This document shows, one piece after another, positions 63,899 to 64,000 of a stretch of DNA of 64,000 nucleotides (the stretch's first letter is position 1; every line of letters starts with the position of its first letter). Both the position numbers and the translations under genes were made by a program. Source of the DNA: Candidatus Bathyarchaeota archaeon (lineage in GTDB: Archaea; Thermoproteota; Bathyarchaeia; 40CM-2-53-6; RBG-13-38-9). The stretch covers positions 448,001 through 512,000 of the forward strand of contig CAWECG010000001.1 of assembly GCA_963807605.1 (NCBI GenBank). The letters run 5' to 3'. A model generated the notes under the pieces. That model was not told where the DNA came from and ran no database searches. It saw only the letters and a list, made by a program, of their open reading frames with translations.

Positions 63899-64000
63899 AT
63901 GGCCATGTCTAGCCATGAATCACTCTTGGCTCAGTTGCAACGAGCCATACCGAAAAGGCCGTTTGTTCCCACGGTTCTTGAGGTTGCGGGCGCCGCAATT
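63899..64000 (+). CDS. 5' end of an ORF running off the window
   Basis: ATG after GGAG-containing leader; open to window end. Confidence 0.35.
   Translation, partial: MAMSSHESLLAQLQRAIPKRPFVPTVLEVAGAAI

Overview
Archaeal chromosomal window. A TACK/Bathyarchaeia-like origin is inferred from the BHB-intron tRNA, AglB, GGTGA-type ribosome-binding sites and frequent TTG starts. Contents in order: (i) 1-13 kb, a glycogen/alpha-glucan cluster (debranching enzyme, NDP-sugar pyrophosphorylase, GH57, two GT4 enzymes, GalT-like) with an embedded PAS histidine kinase and a receiver domain fused to a GT4 glycosyltransferase. (ii) 13.7-42.6 kb, a series of metabolic modules: peroxiredoxin, kdpABC, two UbiA prenyltransferases, thiC with a TPP riboswitch, an atypical P-type ATPase, aglB, ulaG-like lactonase, a lipoate-dependent 2-oxoacid dehydrogenase cluster, glutaredoxin, and cysK-metY plus a truncated hom. 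These modules are separated by five palindromic copies of a tRNA-Leu-type 3' end and are anchored on an intact two-intron tRNA-Leu(TAG) at 42645-42781. (iii) 43-64 kb, a patchwork of small, mostly minus-strand enzyme genes. The best candidate for an undescribed system is this tRNA-anchored tandem cassette array with attP-like palindromic spacers and no recognisable integrase. It comes with a recurrent intergenic (CG)n motif (TTCGCGCGCGCTA) at which at least two genes are visibly truncated. Five genes carry apparent frameshifts that may be assembly errors, and one has an in-frame stop. All family assignments are from motif recognition by eye; no database search was run.
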